A DNA stretch of 63,746 nucleotides, counting the filler, from an uncultured bacterium (lineage in GTDB: Bacteria; Latescibacterota; UBA2968): NCBI GenBank assembly GCA_964471275.1. It is 8 parts of 8 records of this genome, joined end to end, with 100 filler letters (N's around TTAATTAATTAA, not from the genome) between each part and the next. Parts side by side here need not be neighbours in the genome. Positions count along the whole stretch, not along the records: positions 48,332 to 56,025 come from CAYYGZ010000225.1; positions 56,126 to 63,746 come from CAYYGZ010000226.1; 6 more parts are not named here. The stretch is one strand, 5' to 3'. How positions within the stretch are numbered: position 1 is the first letter of the stretch; every line of letters starts with the position of its first letter. Under the pieces are notes generated by a model that was not told the origin of the DNA, did not search any database, and was given only the letters and a program-made list of their open reading frames with translations. Position numbers and translations under genes: made by a program. Shown in pieces: positions 51,181-61,165 of the stretch.

Positions 51181-52200
51181 GTGCCCAACGACATCTTCGT
51201 CTGGATTCACCAGAACAACGGCGACCCGGACCCGATCGCGTGGGAAGCCCTGAGCGCCGCGGAGCGAATCGCCCCTGGCTTTGACGGGCAGGTAGTTGCG
51301 CTCGTCCTGGGTGAGGATGTGAGCGCGCTTGCCCAGAAGGCGATCCAGATCGGTGCGGACAGCGCTTTCATTGCCGATGACCCCACCCTCACAGCCTACC
51401 GCCTGGAACCCTACGCAGCCGTGATCGAGGCACTGGCAAGGGAACACTCGCCCGCTGCTATCCTGATGGGCGCGACCACCGCCGGCCTGGAGTTGTCCGC
51501 CTACCTTGCCGCAAAGCTTGGCACGGGTCTGGCCCCGGACTGCATCGACCTGGCGGTAAAAGACGGCGTCCTCGAGGCCACCCGCCCGGCTCTCATCGGC
51601 AACCTCGTGGCTCGAGTGAAGTTCGGAAAGAGACGTCCACACGTTGTCACGGTGCGCCGCCGAATCTTTCCCGCGCCGGAGCCGGACCCCGATCGTGCGG
51701 GTGAAATCGTAACGGTAGACCCGGTCCTGGCGGAGGACGCCATTCTCACGAAGATCGAGGGCTGTGCCGAAGCGTCGGGCGAAACCGTCCTGACCGAGAC
51801 GAAAGTGATCGTCTCCGGCGGTCGAGGTGTGGGAGGGCCCGATGGCTTCGGTCCAGTCAAAGCTCTGGCGGATGCACTCGGGGCAGCTCTGGGCGCCAGC
51901 CGAGCCGCCGTGGACGCCGGGTGGATTCCCTACTTGCACCAGGTCGGCCAGACGGGCAAAACCGTCCAGCCCGACCTCTATATCGCCTGTGGGATATCCG
52001 GCGCCATCCAGCATCTTGCCGGCATGAAAACCTCCAGGATCATCGTCGCCATCAACCAGGATCCGGACGCCCCCATCTACAAACACGCGCACTACGGCAT
52101 CGTTGGCGACCTGTTCGAATACGTTCCGGCTCTCACCGAGGAATTCCGGAGGCGCCTGACTGCGCCCCCCAGCCCGGTGCGCGACGATTCGCCATGCTGA
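51181..52200 (+). CDS. etfA: Electron transfer flavoprotein alpha subunit
   Basis: [44 protein letters not shown]. Confidence 0.95.
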   Translation: MPNDIFVWIHQNNGDPDPIAWEALSAAERIAPGFDGQVVALVLGEDVSALAQKAIQIGADSAFIADDPTLTAYRLEPYAAVIEALAREHSPAAILMGATTAGLELSAYLAAKLGTGLAPDCIDLAVKDGVLEATRPALIGNLVARVKFGKRRPHVVTVRRRIFPAPEPDPDRAGEIVTVDPVLAEDAILTKIEGCAEASGETVLTETKVIVSGGRGVGGPDGFGPVKALADALGAALGASRAAVDAGWIPYLHQVGQTGKTVQPDLYIACGISGAIQHLAGMKTSRIIVAINQDPDAPIYKHAHYGIVGDLFEYVPALTEEFRRRLTAPPSPVRDDSPC

Positions 52201-54218
52201 CTCCAATAGAGAAGGTTCTCTTCTCGATCGTCGCGCTGGCATCCATCACCTGGACCACGATCACTTTCCGCCGAATGATCCGAGTCGTACTGCGCGGCCG
52301 AGGCCGGCTCAACCTGGAGGCCTTGCCTAGGCGTGTGCTCACCGGACTGATCGCCCTCGTCACCCACGGCGGGATGCTCCGTCGCCGCACCCTCACTTCG
52401 TGCTTCCACGCCCTGGTCGCCTGGGCATTCCTGTTCTATGTGGTGGTCAACGTTGCAGATCTGCTTGAAGGCTTCGTTCACGGCTTTCCCTTCCCGGGCC
52501 GCGGGACCCTCGGCAACGTCTACCGTCTGGCCGCAGACCTGCTGAGCGCCGCCGCCTTCCTAGGCACCGTCTTCCTCATGGCCCGTCGCCTGGTCGTACG
52601 AGCCGCCGATCTCACGATACATACGAACGTGAAGCTCCACCCCGATGCGGCGTCGGGGATAGACCACGATTCACTCCTTGTCGGCGTCTTCATCCTGGGT
52701 CACGTCGGCTTCAGACTGCTGGGAGCCTCGGTCGTCCTGTCACAGGAAGGCACGGACACCTGGCAGCCCATCGCCGGCATCGTGTCCGTCCTCTGGACCG
52801 GGCAACCCGAGTCCGTGCTGATCTTCACGCGCCACGTTTTCTGGTGGCTGTCCCTCGGTCTGATCCTCATCTTCGTCCCCTACTTCCCTTACACCAAGCA
52901 CGCCCACCTTTTTATGGGCCCATTCAACTGGATGACGCGTCCCCGGCGCAGCTCTCCCGGCGCTCTGGACGCCATCGACTTCGATGACGAAACCATTGAG
53001 CAGTTCGGGAGCTCCCGGCTGACCGACCTGAGCCGCACCCATATCGTGGACGGCCTGGCGTGCATCATGTGCAACCGGTGCCAGGATGTCTGTCCTGCCT
53101 ACCTCACCGGAAAAGAGCTCTCTCCCTCTGCGCTTGAAATCAACAAACGCTACTACCTCAAGCGTTCTATGAAAGACCTGGCTGTGGGGGGTGAAGACAG
53201 AGGAGTGCTGCTCGATTACGCGATCTCCGAGTCTGCCGTGTGGGCGTGCCTGGGCTGCGGTGCCTGTGCGGAGGCGTGTCCTGTCGGCAACGAGCCGATG
53301 TTCGACATCTTCGACATCCGCCGACACCAGGTTCTGATGGAAGGCCGTTTTCCCAATGAGCTCAAGGCCGCGTATGAGGGCACGGAACGGAACGGTAATC
53401 CCTGGCAGATGACGGAAAGCCGTCTATCCTGGGCACAGGCATTGGACTTCTCCGTACCCACCGTCGAGGACAACCGCGACTTCGACGTCCTCTACTGGGT
53501 AGGCTGTGCGGGAGCATTCGATCCCAGGACGCAGAACACCGCTCGTGCCATCGCCACCATACTGCACCGGTCCGGAGTCAACTTCGCCGTCCTGGGTGAA
53601 AGCGAGACCTGCACCGGTGACGCCGCTCGCCGGTTCGGGAACGAGTATCTTTTCTCCAAAATGGCAAAGGCCAACATCGAGACGCTGCACGCCGTCGGAG
53701 CCGACCGAAGAGAAATCCTGACCGGCTGCCCTCACTGTCTGCATACGATCGGGAACGAGTATCCGGCTTACGGAGGACGCTTCACCGTGCGTCATCACAC
53801 CCAGTTCATCGACGAACTCGTCCGCAGCGGACGGCTCGAGCCGAGAAGCGCCGCCGCAGAGGACATCACCTTCCACGACCCCTGCTACCTGGGCCGCCAG
53901 AACGGGGAATACGATGCGCCTCGACGTCTTCTGACCGAAGGCGGATTCGCCATACGCGAGATGGGCCGCAGAAAGAAAAACGCCTTCTGCTGTGGCGGGG
54001 GTGGCGCACAGATGTGGAAAGAAGAGGAAGAAGGAACGGAATCCGTGAGCGACGTCCGCTACGCGCAGGCCAGGGCAACCGGGGCCGAAACCGTGGCCGT
54101 GGGCTGCCCCTTTTGTGCCCGCATGTTGGGGGACGCAAATGATCGGGCAGGATCGAAAATGCACGTCCAGGACGTGGCGGAACTGATCGCTGACGCCATC
54201 CGGCCAGAGAACAGCTGA
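52194..54218 (+). CDS. Membrane-bound Fe-S oxidoreductase (TM + 2x[4Fe-4S] + CCG domains; FadF/HdrD-like ETF partner)
   Basis: N-terminal TMs with His residues, CIMCNRCQDVCP, CLGCGACAEACP, ETCTGD, FHDPCYLGR, FCCGGGG, CPFC. Confidence 0.88.
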   Translation: MLTPIEKVLFSIVALASITWTTITFRRMIRVVLRGRGRLNLEALPRRVLTGLIALVTHGGMLRRRTLTSCFHALVAWAFLFYVVVNVADLLEGFVHGFPFPGRGTLGNVYRLAADLLSAAAFLGTVFLMARRLVVRAADLTIHTNVKLHPDAASGIDHDSLLVGVFILGHVGFRLLGASVVLSQEGTDTWQPIAGIVSVLWTGQPESVLIFTRHVFWWLSLGLILIFVPYFPYTKHAHLFMGPFNWMTRPRRSSPGALDAIDFDDETIEQFGSSRLTDLSRTHIVDGLACIMCNRCQDVCPAYLTGKELSPSALEINKRYYLKRSMKDLAVGGEDRGVLLDYAISESAVWACLGCGACAEACPVGNEPMFDIFDIRRHQVLMEGRFPNELKAAYEGTERNGNPWQMTESRLSWAQALDFSVPTVEDNRDFDVLYWVGCAGAFDPRTQNTARAIATILHRSGVNFAVLGESETCTGDAARRFGNEYLFSKMAKANIETLHAVGADRREILTGCPHCLHTIGNEYPAYGGRFTVRHHTQFIDELVRSGRLEPRSAAAEDITFHDPCYLGRQNGEYDAPRRLLTEGGFAIREMGRRKKNAFCCGGGGAQMWKEEEEGTESVSDVRYAQARATGAETVAVGCPFCARMLGDANDRAGSKMHVQDVAELIADAIRPENS

Positions 54219-54277
54219 ACGGCGGCACCGTGTTTGGCAGGTATCGGTACGCCACGAAACATCGTTAGAGGCGAGGT

Positions 54278-55453
54278 ATGGCAGATACTTTCGACGCAAT
54301 AATCATCGGCGGCGGGATCATGGGATGCAGCAGCGCCTTCGAGCTGTCGAAGCGCGGTTTGAAGGTGGCCCTGATCGAGAAAGGAAGCATTGGCGAGGGC
54401 CCGACCGGAAAGTCTTCGGCGTGTATCCGTCAACACTATTCAAACGAGTTGACGGCACGGATGGCGCTCCATAGCCTGCGCGTTTTCCAGAACTTCGAAG
54501 AGCGGGTCGGGGGCGAGTGCGGGTTCCACCGGAGAGGCTTCGTCGTTATGGTGAAGGCCGAGGATCAGGCGGGACTGGCGGCAAACGTCGCCTTGCAGCA
54601 GAGCTTGGGCATACCGACCGAGCTCCTTTCGCCCGAGGCGCTACAAGACATCGTACCCGGGGTGGTAACGAGCGACCTTGTTGCTGTGGCCTACGAGTCG
54701 GAGAGCGGATACGCCGATCCCTACTCTACCGTGAATGCCTACGCTCGTGCTGCAAGACGGCACGGGGCCGAGATCATGTTGAGCACGAAAGTGATCGGAG
54801 TTCGCTTCGTGGGAGACAAGGTCGCGGGCGTGGAGACGTCGCACGGAAGCCTGGATGCTCCGTTGGTGCTCAACAGCACGGGAGCCTGGGCGTCCCGTGT
54901 GGCTCAGATGGCCAGGATTGAACTTCCAATCGATGCTTGCCGCGTAAAGGTCGCCCTCTTTCGGCGCCCGCCCGACCAGGAATCCCCCCACCCGGTCATG
55001 GCGGACTTCATCAACGCGACCTACTTCCGGCCGGAAACCGGGAACCTGACTCTGGTGGGCCTAGTCGATCCCGCCGAAGCAGATGCCGTCGTCGATCCGG
55101 ATCACTACGATGAGAACGTGGACTTCGACTTCGTGTCGGATGCGGGTGAACGACTTCTTCGCCGATATCCAGCTATGGAGCGCGGCGAGAGTGCAGGAGG
55201 TTACGCGTCGCTCTATGCCATCACGCCCGACTGGCATCCCATCATCGATGAACTGCCTGCTGGAAGTGGCTTCTATACGTGCTCAGGATTCAGCGGACAC
55301 GGTTTCAAGCTGGGTCCTGCCGTGGGTGTGATGATCGCCGATATGTTCACGGGCGAGACGGTGCCAGAATTCGACCCATCCCTCTTCCGTTTCAGCCGAT
55401 ACGCTGAAGATGATCCTGTGCGTGGACAATACGACTACAGCATTATCGGATGA
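54278..55453 (+). CDS. DAO-family FAD amine oxidoreductase (sarcosine oxidase beta-like)
   Basis: IIGGGIMG, SGYADP, GAW, YFRPE, YAITPDWHPII, GFSGHGFKLGP. Confidence 0.88.
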   Translation: MADTFDAIIIGGGIMGCSSAFELSKRGLKVALIEKGSIGEGPTGKSSACIRQHYSNELTARMALHSLRVFQNFEERVGGECGFHRRGFVVMVKAEDQAGLAANVALQQSLGIPTELLSPEALQDIVPGVVTSDLVAVAYESESGYADPYSTVNAYARAARRHGAEIMLSTKVIGVRFVGDKVAGVETSHGSLDAPLVLNSTGAWASRVAQMARIELPIDACRVKVALFRRPPDQESPHPVMADFINATYFRPETGNLTLVGLVDPAEADAVVDPDHYDENVDFDFVSDAGERLLRRYPAMERGESAGGYASLYAITPDWHPIIDELPAGSGFYTCSGFSGHGFKLGPAVGVMIADMFTGETVPEFDPSLFRFSRYAEDDPVRGQYDYSIIG

Positions 55454-55649
55454 TGCCATCGATCTCTCTGGCTCGACAGCGCACTCGGCATCGGGACAGG
55501 CAGGCCGAGGGTGGCCCCTCCTTATTATGCGAGTTTCTTCCTTCCAGCGACAGATGGGAAGTGGAAGACCTCATGATCTTTCTCTTTTGCCGTTGAGGTC
55601 GTCTCACGACTCTATCGTGGAGAGTTCCTCGCAAGGCTCAAAGCACCGG

Positions 55650-55778
55650 TGACCTGCCCCCCTAGAATGTTCCCAGTCCTAGAGTTAGGATATGGGACAT
55701 AGAAAGGGGGCCATATGGCCAGGAAGCGTTATACAGCATCCTAACTCTGGATGTGGAAACATTAATGGGGGCAGATCA
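55650..55778 (+). mobile_element. 129-bp internally deleted IS3-family element (mini-IS)
   Basis: TG..CA ends with ~41-bp imperfect inverted repeats; retains SD and OrfA start MARKRYT (ATG 55715) fused directly to the right IR. Confidence 0.85.
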
Positions 55779-56025
55779 CCTGGTCGGGCTTTTTTCTTAC
55801 CCAATCGCGCCTACCCACCTTCCTTGCAGTTGCTCCGTTGCCGCCCCATCTTGGTAGCGGTGCATAACTACCTCACGGTCCTCCTTACACTCGATTCCCT
55901 GCCTGAACGACCCGCTGATCCCACCCGATCAACAGGTGATACCCCGCCGACCAGGGCCCAGGTGCACCGCCGGACCGCCCCGGGACCTTGCACACGTGCG
56001 AAACACACCGTTTATTCGTCCTATC

Positions 56026-56125
56026 NNNNNNNNNNNNNNNNNNNNNNNNNNNNNNNNNNNNNNNNNNNNTTAATTAATTAANNNNNNNNNNNNNNNNNNN
56101 NNNNNNNNNNNNNNNNNNNNNNNNN
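56026..56125. other. Artificial contig linker
   Basis: N-run/TTAATTAATTAA/N-run. Confidence 0.99.
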
Positions 56126-57473
56126 GTATGTGCGGTCTGAAGCCGTGGTGGCGGACATACTTTACTATGGCGAGCATCGGGCCACACAATTCGATCGCTA
56201 CGAATTCTACAAGCTTGTGGATGCGCAAGGCACGGCCGTCCCTGTAGAGGAAATTGACGGGAAGCAGATCGAAACGGCGGAGATAAGGGTGAGGTTTCTG
56301 GCGAAGGACGTTCCTTCACTTGGTTACAAGACCTTCTACCTGGTTCCAAAGCCGAGAGAAGATGGCTCTGAACACTTGATGCCCATGCAGGCGCCAGGTG
56401 TAATGACGCCTGATTTTCCTGAGCCCGTCTTCGCGATTGACGATGTTGACGAGCGAGTCTCTGCACCTCGGCGAGGGCTCCGTCTGGGACGTTCATTCAC
56501 TGCAGGACCCTTCGTTCTATGCGTGGATGACATCACGGGCTGCATCGACATCGATGACCGGAAACGCGATACGCGTTTGGTCGCCGGGCTCAGGCTGCAG
56601 GCGCGTGAGGATCGAATGGATTCGGACCCCGGTGTATTCTCCCCGACTGGTCGTGTCCTGCCGCACGTGATCCACGGTGTCGATCTTGTTGAAAGCGGAG
56701 AGGTCAGTGCGCGATTGCACGTGTCGGGTCGAATCGGATCCTCTTCTGCAGATCTCCTTCTTCGTGTATACGGGGATCTGCCCATCGTCGATGTGGTGGC
56801 CGAAATCTCCTGGAAGGATTCGCACCCGGCGCTCATCGAACTCGCCGCCTCGCTGGGTGACACGTTCCACGAGGGGTGTCGTGACCTCGGTCTTGGGGCC
56901 GCGGGCTGGCAGGCTGCAGGACCAGGTGGCTGGGGCGAGCGTTGGATCACGGCTCGGGCGCCCGGCTCGTGCCTGACACTGTCTTCCGATACCAATCGGA
57001 TCGAGATAGAAGGCGGAGATGTTCGGAGCCCGCTGTTGTTCTCTTCGCCAGATGTCGCATCCTATGCCTACAACAAGGTGTGGATGTCGTATCCCGAACG
57101 CGTAACTTATGGCTTCAGGCTCAGGTTGTCGGACATCGAAGACGTGACGCAAGCGCGGGAGTTCAGCGAACCGTTTAGCATCCAATGCGTCTATGATCGA
57201 TCTGCAGTAAGGACGAGACCTGCCGAGGCCAGTGGGCTGTCTGTCAATACCACGTCAGCACAGGTTTCCTCCATCCGTCCTGTCAGGGATGGGGTGGAAC
57301 TGCGCGCGTTCGATGTCCTCGGGGAAGGTGGATCGGCAAGCTGGTCTTCCGGCGACCGATCTGGTGCAGCTGAGCGGGTCTCGTCGGGTGACTTGGTAGA
57401 CGTGAAACGGGAACTCAGATTCTCGCCTTCGCAGATCAGGACGATCCTGATCGAAACACGAGAAGGCCAATGA
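56126..57473 (+). CDS. GH38 alpha-mannosidase-like C-terminal region (5'-truncated)
   Basis: VRFLAKDVPSLGYKTFYL, LVESGEVSARL, LRAFD, FSPSQIRTI. Confidence 0.6.
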
Positions 57474-57509
57474 TGAACACGGTGATGATAATGGAGGATG
57501 GAGGACTAC

Positions 57510-58553
57510 ATGGCTGACACGATACGCGTCGCCGCTCTGGGCATGGCGCACGATCATCTGTGGACAAACCTGAAGCAGCTCTCGAAATGTGATGACACCG
57601 AGCTGGTCGCGGGAGCAGATTTCGACCCAAGGTTGCAGGAGAAGTTTGTGGCGGATACGGGGTGCGATACGACCTTCGACGACTACGAGGCGCTTCTGGA
57701 TGAGACCAAGCCAGACGCGGTTTTTGCTTTCTGTGCGACCGCCGATCACGCCGACGTCGTCGAGATGTGTGCGCCTCGCGGGATACACGTGATGGTGGAA
57801 AAGCCGATGGCTGCGACGCTCGAGCAGGCGGACCGCATGCTGGTCGCCTCGAAGAAGCACGGCACCCGGTTGATGGTGAATTGGCCGACGGCCTGGTCTC
57901 GCTCGATCAGGACAGCGAAACGACTGGTTGATGAGGGCGCTATCGGGGACCTCTGGCAGCTGACCTGGCGAGGGGGGCATTCGGGTCCTGATGAGCTGGG
58001 CTGCTCGGAACATTTCTGCGGATTTCTCTTCGATCCAGACCTGAATGGTGCAGGCGCGTTCAACGACTATGGCGGCTACGGATCATCGATGTGTGCGTGG
58101 TTCCTGGGGAGTCCTGCCTCTGTTGTCGGTGTTGCCGGCAGACTGCTGAAGCGACACCTCCCGGTTGACGACAACGGGATGATGATACTCCGTTACCCTC
58201 ACGCGATGTGTCGACTCGAAATGACCTGGACGGAGGCGGTTCCGCACCGTCCACCGCACGATGTCGTCCTTTACGGCACCGAGGGCACCCTGGTCGCGGG
58301 TGAGGAAGTCACGGTCTACACCCGGAAGGACAAAGAGGGCACGACGGCCGAGCAGGACGTATTGCCGAAGGGCCAGTCGAACGGACCTGAATGCTTCCTG
58401 AACTGTCTCAGAAGTGACGAGGATCCAGATGGCTTGCCCAACGCAGATCTGTCCCGTGATGCACAAGAGATCATGGAAGCCGGATTATTGTCAGCGGTGA
58501 ACGGAATGACCGTATCACTCCCCATCGAACACCATCTCTTCCGGGATGCCTAG
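57510..58553 (+). CDS. Gfo/Idh/MocA family oxidoreductase
   Basis: ALGMAHDH, HVMVEKPMA, GAGAFND.G.Y, YGTEGTL; SD GGAGG. Confidence 0.9.
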   Translation: MADTIRVAALGMAHDHLWTNLKQLSKCDDTELVAGADFDPRLQEKFVADTGCDTTFDDYEALLDETKPDAVFAFCATADHADVVEMCAPRGIHVMVEKPMAATLEQADRMLVASKKHGTRLMVNWPTAWSRSIRTAKRLVDEGAIGDLWQLTWRGGHSGPDELGCSEHFCGFLFDPDLNGAGAFNDYGGYGSSMCAWFLGSPASVVGVAGRLLKRHLPVDDNGMMILRYPHAMCRLEMTWTEAVPHRPPHDVVLYGTEGTLVAGEEVTVYTRKDKEGTTAEQDVLPKGQSNGPECFLNCLRSDEDPDGLPNADLSRDAQEIMEAGLLSAVNGMTVSLPIEHHLFRDA

Positions 58554-58559
58554 ACCTCT

Positions 58560-60851
58560 ATGCCACTGACCTGGCTGCTGTGTCTGTTGTGCACGGCGAT
58601 TTGGGCGCAGGAAGACGTCTCACCTGATTCGACAGAACCCGGGGTGATGACTGCGCAGGATAGTTTGGAGGCGCTGCTCGCCGAGCCGATTCTCGACTCG
58701 GTTCTGGCCTTTTACGGTGACTCTCTCCTGGTTCCCCTACCCGGTAGCGCGCGCATCGTGCGTGACCAGTTCGGTATCCCGCACGTGTATGGTGTGACGG
58801 ATGCCGATGCTGCCTTCGGGCTCGGGTATGCGCAAGCGCAGGATCATCTTGTGGAGATGCTGCTGGCCTATCGAATGGCCAAGGGTGAAGCCGCGGAAAT
58901 CCTTGGTGCGGATCTTGTCGAGAGTGACTTCAAATCGCGGCTCTGGCGAGTCGATCACGTGGCGGGAGAGCAGTATGGGACAATCTCCGAGTCCACACGG
59001 GCTGTGATTGGCGGGTTTGTGGAGGGCGTCAATCACTACATCGATATCCATCGGCAGACGCTGCCCGGCTGGGTGCGTCCCGTTCGGGGTACAGACATTG
59101 TGGCGTCAACCCGCTGGCTGGCGCTGCTTTTTGCAGAAGCTTCCGGTCGAACCGAACTGAAGACAAAAGGTATACAGCCATCCCTGAGCAGCAGCGTCGG
59201 GTCCAACCAGGTTGTCATCGCTCCTGAACGCTCCCTGGACGGCACAGGCCTGGCTGTTTCGAATCTGCATCTTCCCTGGCATATGCCATTCAAGATGTAT
59301 GAGGCACACCTGAAGAGCGCTGAGGGTCTGAACGTTTCGGGCGCGACGTTCTTCGGGTGGCCAGTGATCGTGATCGGACACAACGAGCGGATTGCCTGGT
59401 CCTTCACTGCAAACGATGCGGACGTCTTCGATCTCTACGAAGAGAAGCTGGATCCTGCGAACTCAAATCGATACGTGTTCGAACGAGAGAAGGAGCGGAT
59501 CTCGATACGTCGTGAGCGTGTAAGAGTGAAAGCCGAGATCGGCACGGAAGAGGTCAGCCGAGATCTGCAGTACACCCACCACGGTCCGATCTACAAGACG
59601 ATCGACAACTGGGCTTACGCCGCGCGAACGTCGGCCGATGATATTACGGATCTGATCGGCCAGCTCTACCAGATGAACCGGGCCACAGAGCTCCAGACGT
59701 TCCGGGTAGCACTGGCTCGTCTCGAGATCCCTGTGTTCAACGTGACGTACGCAGATGTCGACGGGAATTCATACTACGTCTTCCTTTCGCGTACGCCGAT
59801 TCGAGCGGAGAAATTCGATTGGCTGAATCCCGTTCCCGGTTGGACGAAGGAAACCGATTGGGGAGGCATCCTGCCTTTCTCTCAACTACCTCAGGTCGTG
59901 AATCCCGAATCAGGTTTTCTTCACAACTGCAACACACCACCCGATGCGGTGTCGCCGTCGGTTCTGTTCAAGCGGTCTGATTTTCCCGGCTACCTGGGCT
60001 GGGGACAGATGAACGACCGTGGTCGTCGCGCGCTGACCTGGCTATCCTCACATCACGTCGTGTCGGTGGATGAGGCCCTGACACTGGTCAGAGATGAGTA
60101 TCTACTGTCTGCAGAAGAAACGAAGGGTTTTGTGCTGCGCGCCTACAATCGGAATTGGCAGGAACTGTATGATCCTGAATCTCAACTGGCCGGCGCGATA
60201 ACCGTGCTTCGTGATTGGGATAACCGCGCCTCGGTCGACAGCCGTGCCGTCGTGTTGTTTGCCTCGTGGAAGTCCCGCTTCGATGCACTTCGCGTGCAGC
60301 TGGGCGAGCAACAGAGGCAGGATCTTAAGGTGATCGAACGACTGGCGCTTGAGGCACTACAAGGCGCAGTTGCCTACATGCGTTCGACCTACGGGCGGGT
60401 GGATGTGAGTTGGGGTGAAGTGCATCAGATCATCAGAGGCGATGTCTCTTTCCCTGTTGGGGGGGCGCCACCCGGATCCGAAGCTCTGCACCAGGTGTGG
60501 TCCACCGTCGAGGAGGATGGCAGCTACCGAATCCACGGAGGACCGGCATTCTCATCGGTTGTTGAACTACGTTCGCCACCACGGGCGTGGACGGCCCTGC
60601 CCTACGGCAACAGCGAGAATCCGGAGTCCCCTCATTTCGCTGATCAAGCCGTTCTGCAGGCAGGCAACAGGCTGAAGCGGACGTGGATGGCCGACGAGGA
60701 TGTGCTGGCGAACCTGATGTCGATCGCCACGGTTCCGTATGAGGGTAAGGCACTCGACGTCGAGCGGCTCCGAGCGTGGTGGAAATTCAGACGGAAACTT
60801 AGTCCAGTTTTTCCAGACACAGTTGACTCCTCGGCAGTCGTCGAACCGTAG
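58560..60851 (+). CDS. Penicillin acylase family Ntn-hydrolase (peptidase S45), secreted
   Basis: IVRDQFGIPHVYG, GYAQAQD, GSN catalytic Ser site, NLHLPW, THHGPI, YADVDGN, SPHFADQ. Confidence 0.92.
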   Translation: MPLTWLLCLLCTAIWAQEDVSPDSTEPGVMTAQDSLEALLAEPILDSVLAFYGDSLLVPLPGSARIVRDQFGIPHVYGVTDADAAFGLGYAQAQDHLVEMLLAYRMAKGEAAEILGADLVESDFKSRLWRVDHVAGEQYGTISESTRAVIGGFVEGVNHYIDIHRQTLPGWVRPVRGTDIVASTRWLALLFAEASGRTELKTKGIQPSLSSSVGSNQVVIAPERSLDGTGLAVSNLHLPWHMPFKMYEAHLKSAEGLNVSGATFFGWPVIVIGHNERIAWSFTANDADVFDLYEEKLDPANSNRYVFEREKERISIRRERVRVKAEIGTEEVSRDLQYTHHGPIYKTIDNWAYAARTSADDITDLIGQLYQMNRATELQTFRVALARLEIPVFNVTYADVDGNSYYVFLSRTPIRAEKFDWLNPVPGWTKETDWGGILPFSQLPQVVNPESGFLHNCNTPPDAVSPSVLFKRSDFPGYLGWGQMNDRGRRALTWLSSHHVVSVDEALTLVRDEYLLSAEETKGFVLRAYNRNWQELYDPESQLAGAITVLRDWDNRASVDSRAVVLFASWKSRFDALRVQLGEQQRQDLKVIERLALEALQGAVAYMRSTYGRVDVSWGEVHQIIRGDVSFPVGGAPPGSEALHQVWSTVEEDGSYRIHGGPAFSSVVELRSPPRAWTALPYGNSENPESPHFADQAVLQAGNRLKRTWMADEDVLANLMSIATVPYEGKALDVERLRAWWKFRRKLSPVFPDTVDSSAVVEP

Positions 60852-60894
60852 CGTCCGGGAATTGCATTGTCCAGGGACACACATATTATTGTTT

Positions 60895-61151
60895 GATGCT
60901 GCCTTCGTGGCCGCTTCCGATGGCAACCTGTAGAGCGGATCTGGAAATCGAAGCAGATTGTGATCTTGATTGAACGCGCAGTCGCTTGCAGGCTTGATGA
61001 ATCTTGACCCCTCAGAGCTCAGCGGCAGGGAGTGGGAGGGGAAGGTGCTTGCTTTTGCGGGGCCGCAGTCAAGCCGTCTGAGTGGGCAACGCTCTTCGGA
61101 ACAATCCTAGTGAGGACACATCATGGCCCCCAAAGTGGGGCCTCTTTTTTT
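60895..61151 (+). ncRNA. Candidate structured ncRNA
   Basis: Promoter-like TTGCAT-N16-TATTAT (60862-60889), multiple stems including a long rod, and a terminator at the end. Confidence 0.35.
61125..61151 (+). terminator. Intrinsic terminator
   Basis: GGCCCC-caaagt-GGGGCC followed by TCTTTTTTT. Confidence 0.75.
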
Positions 61152-61165
61152 GGGGATACGTGCCT

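Noticed and set aside
51034..54299. Long antisense ORFs (402 aa, 291 aa and others)
   Set aside because: Shadow ORFs of GC-rich genes on the opposite strand, with no recognisable motifs.
8057..56125. Seven identical TTAATTAATTAA-containing spacers at ~8-kb periodicity, and ORFs running into them
   Set aside because: Artificial linkers with stops in all six frames; contigs are simply sorted by length. Not a biological repeat.
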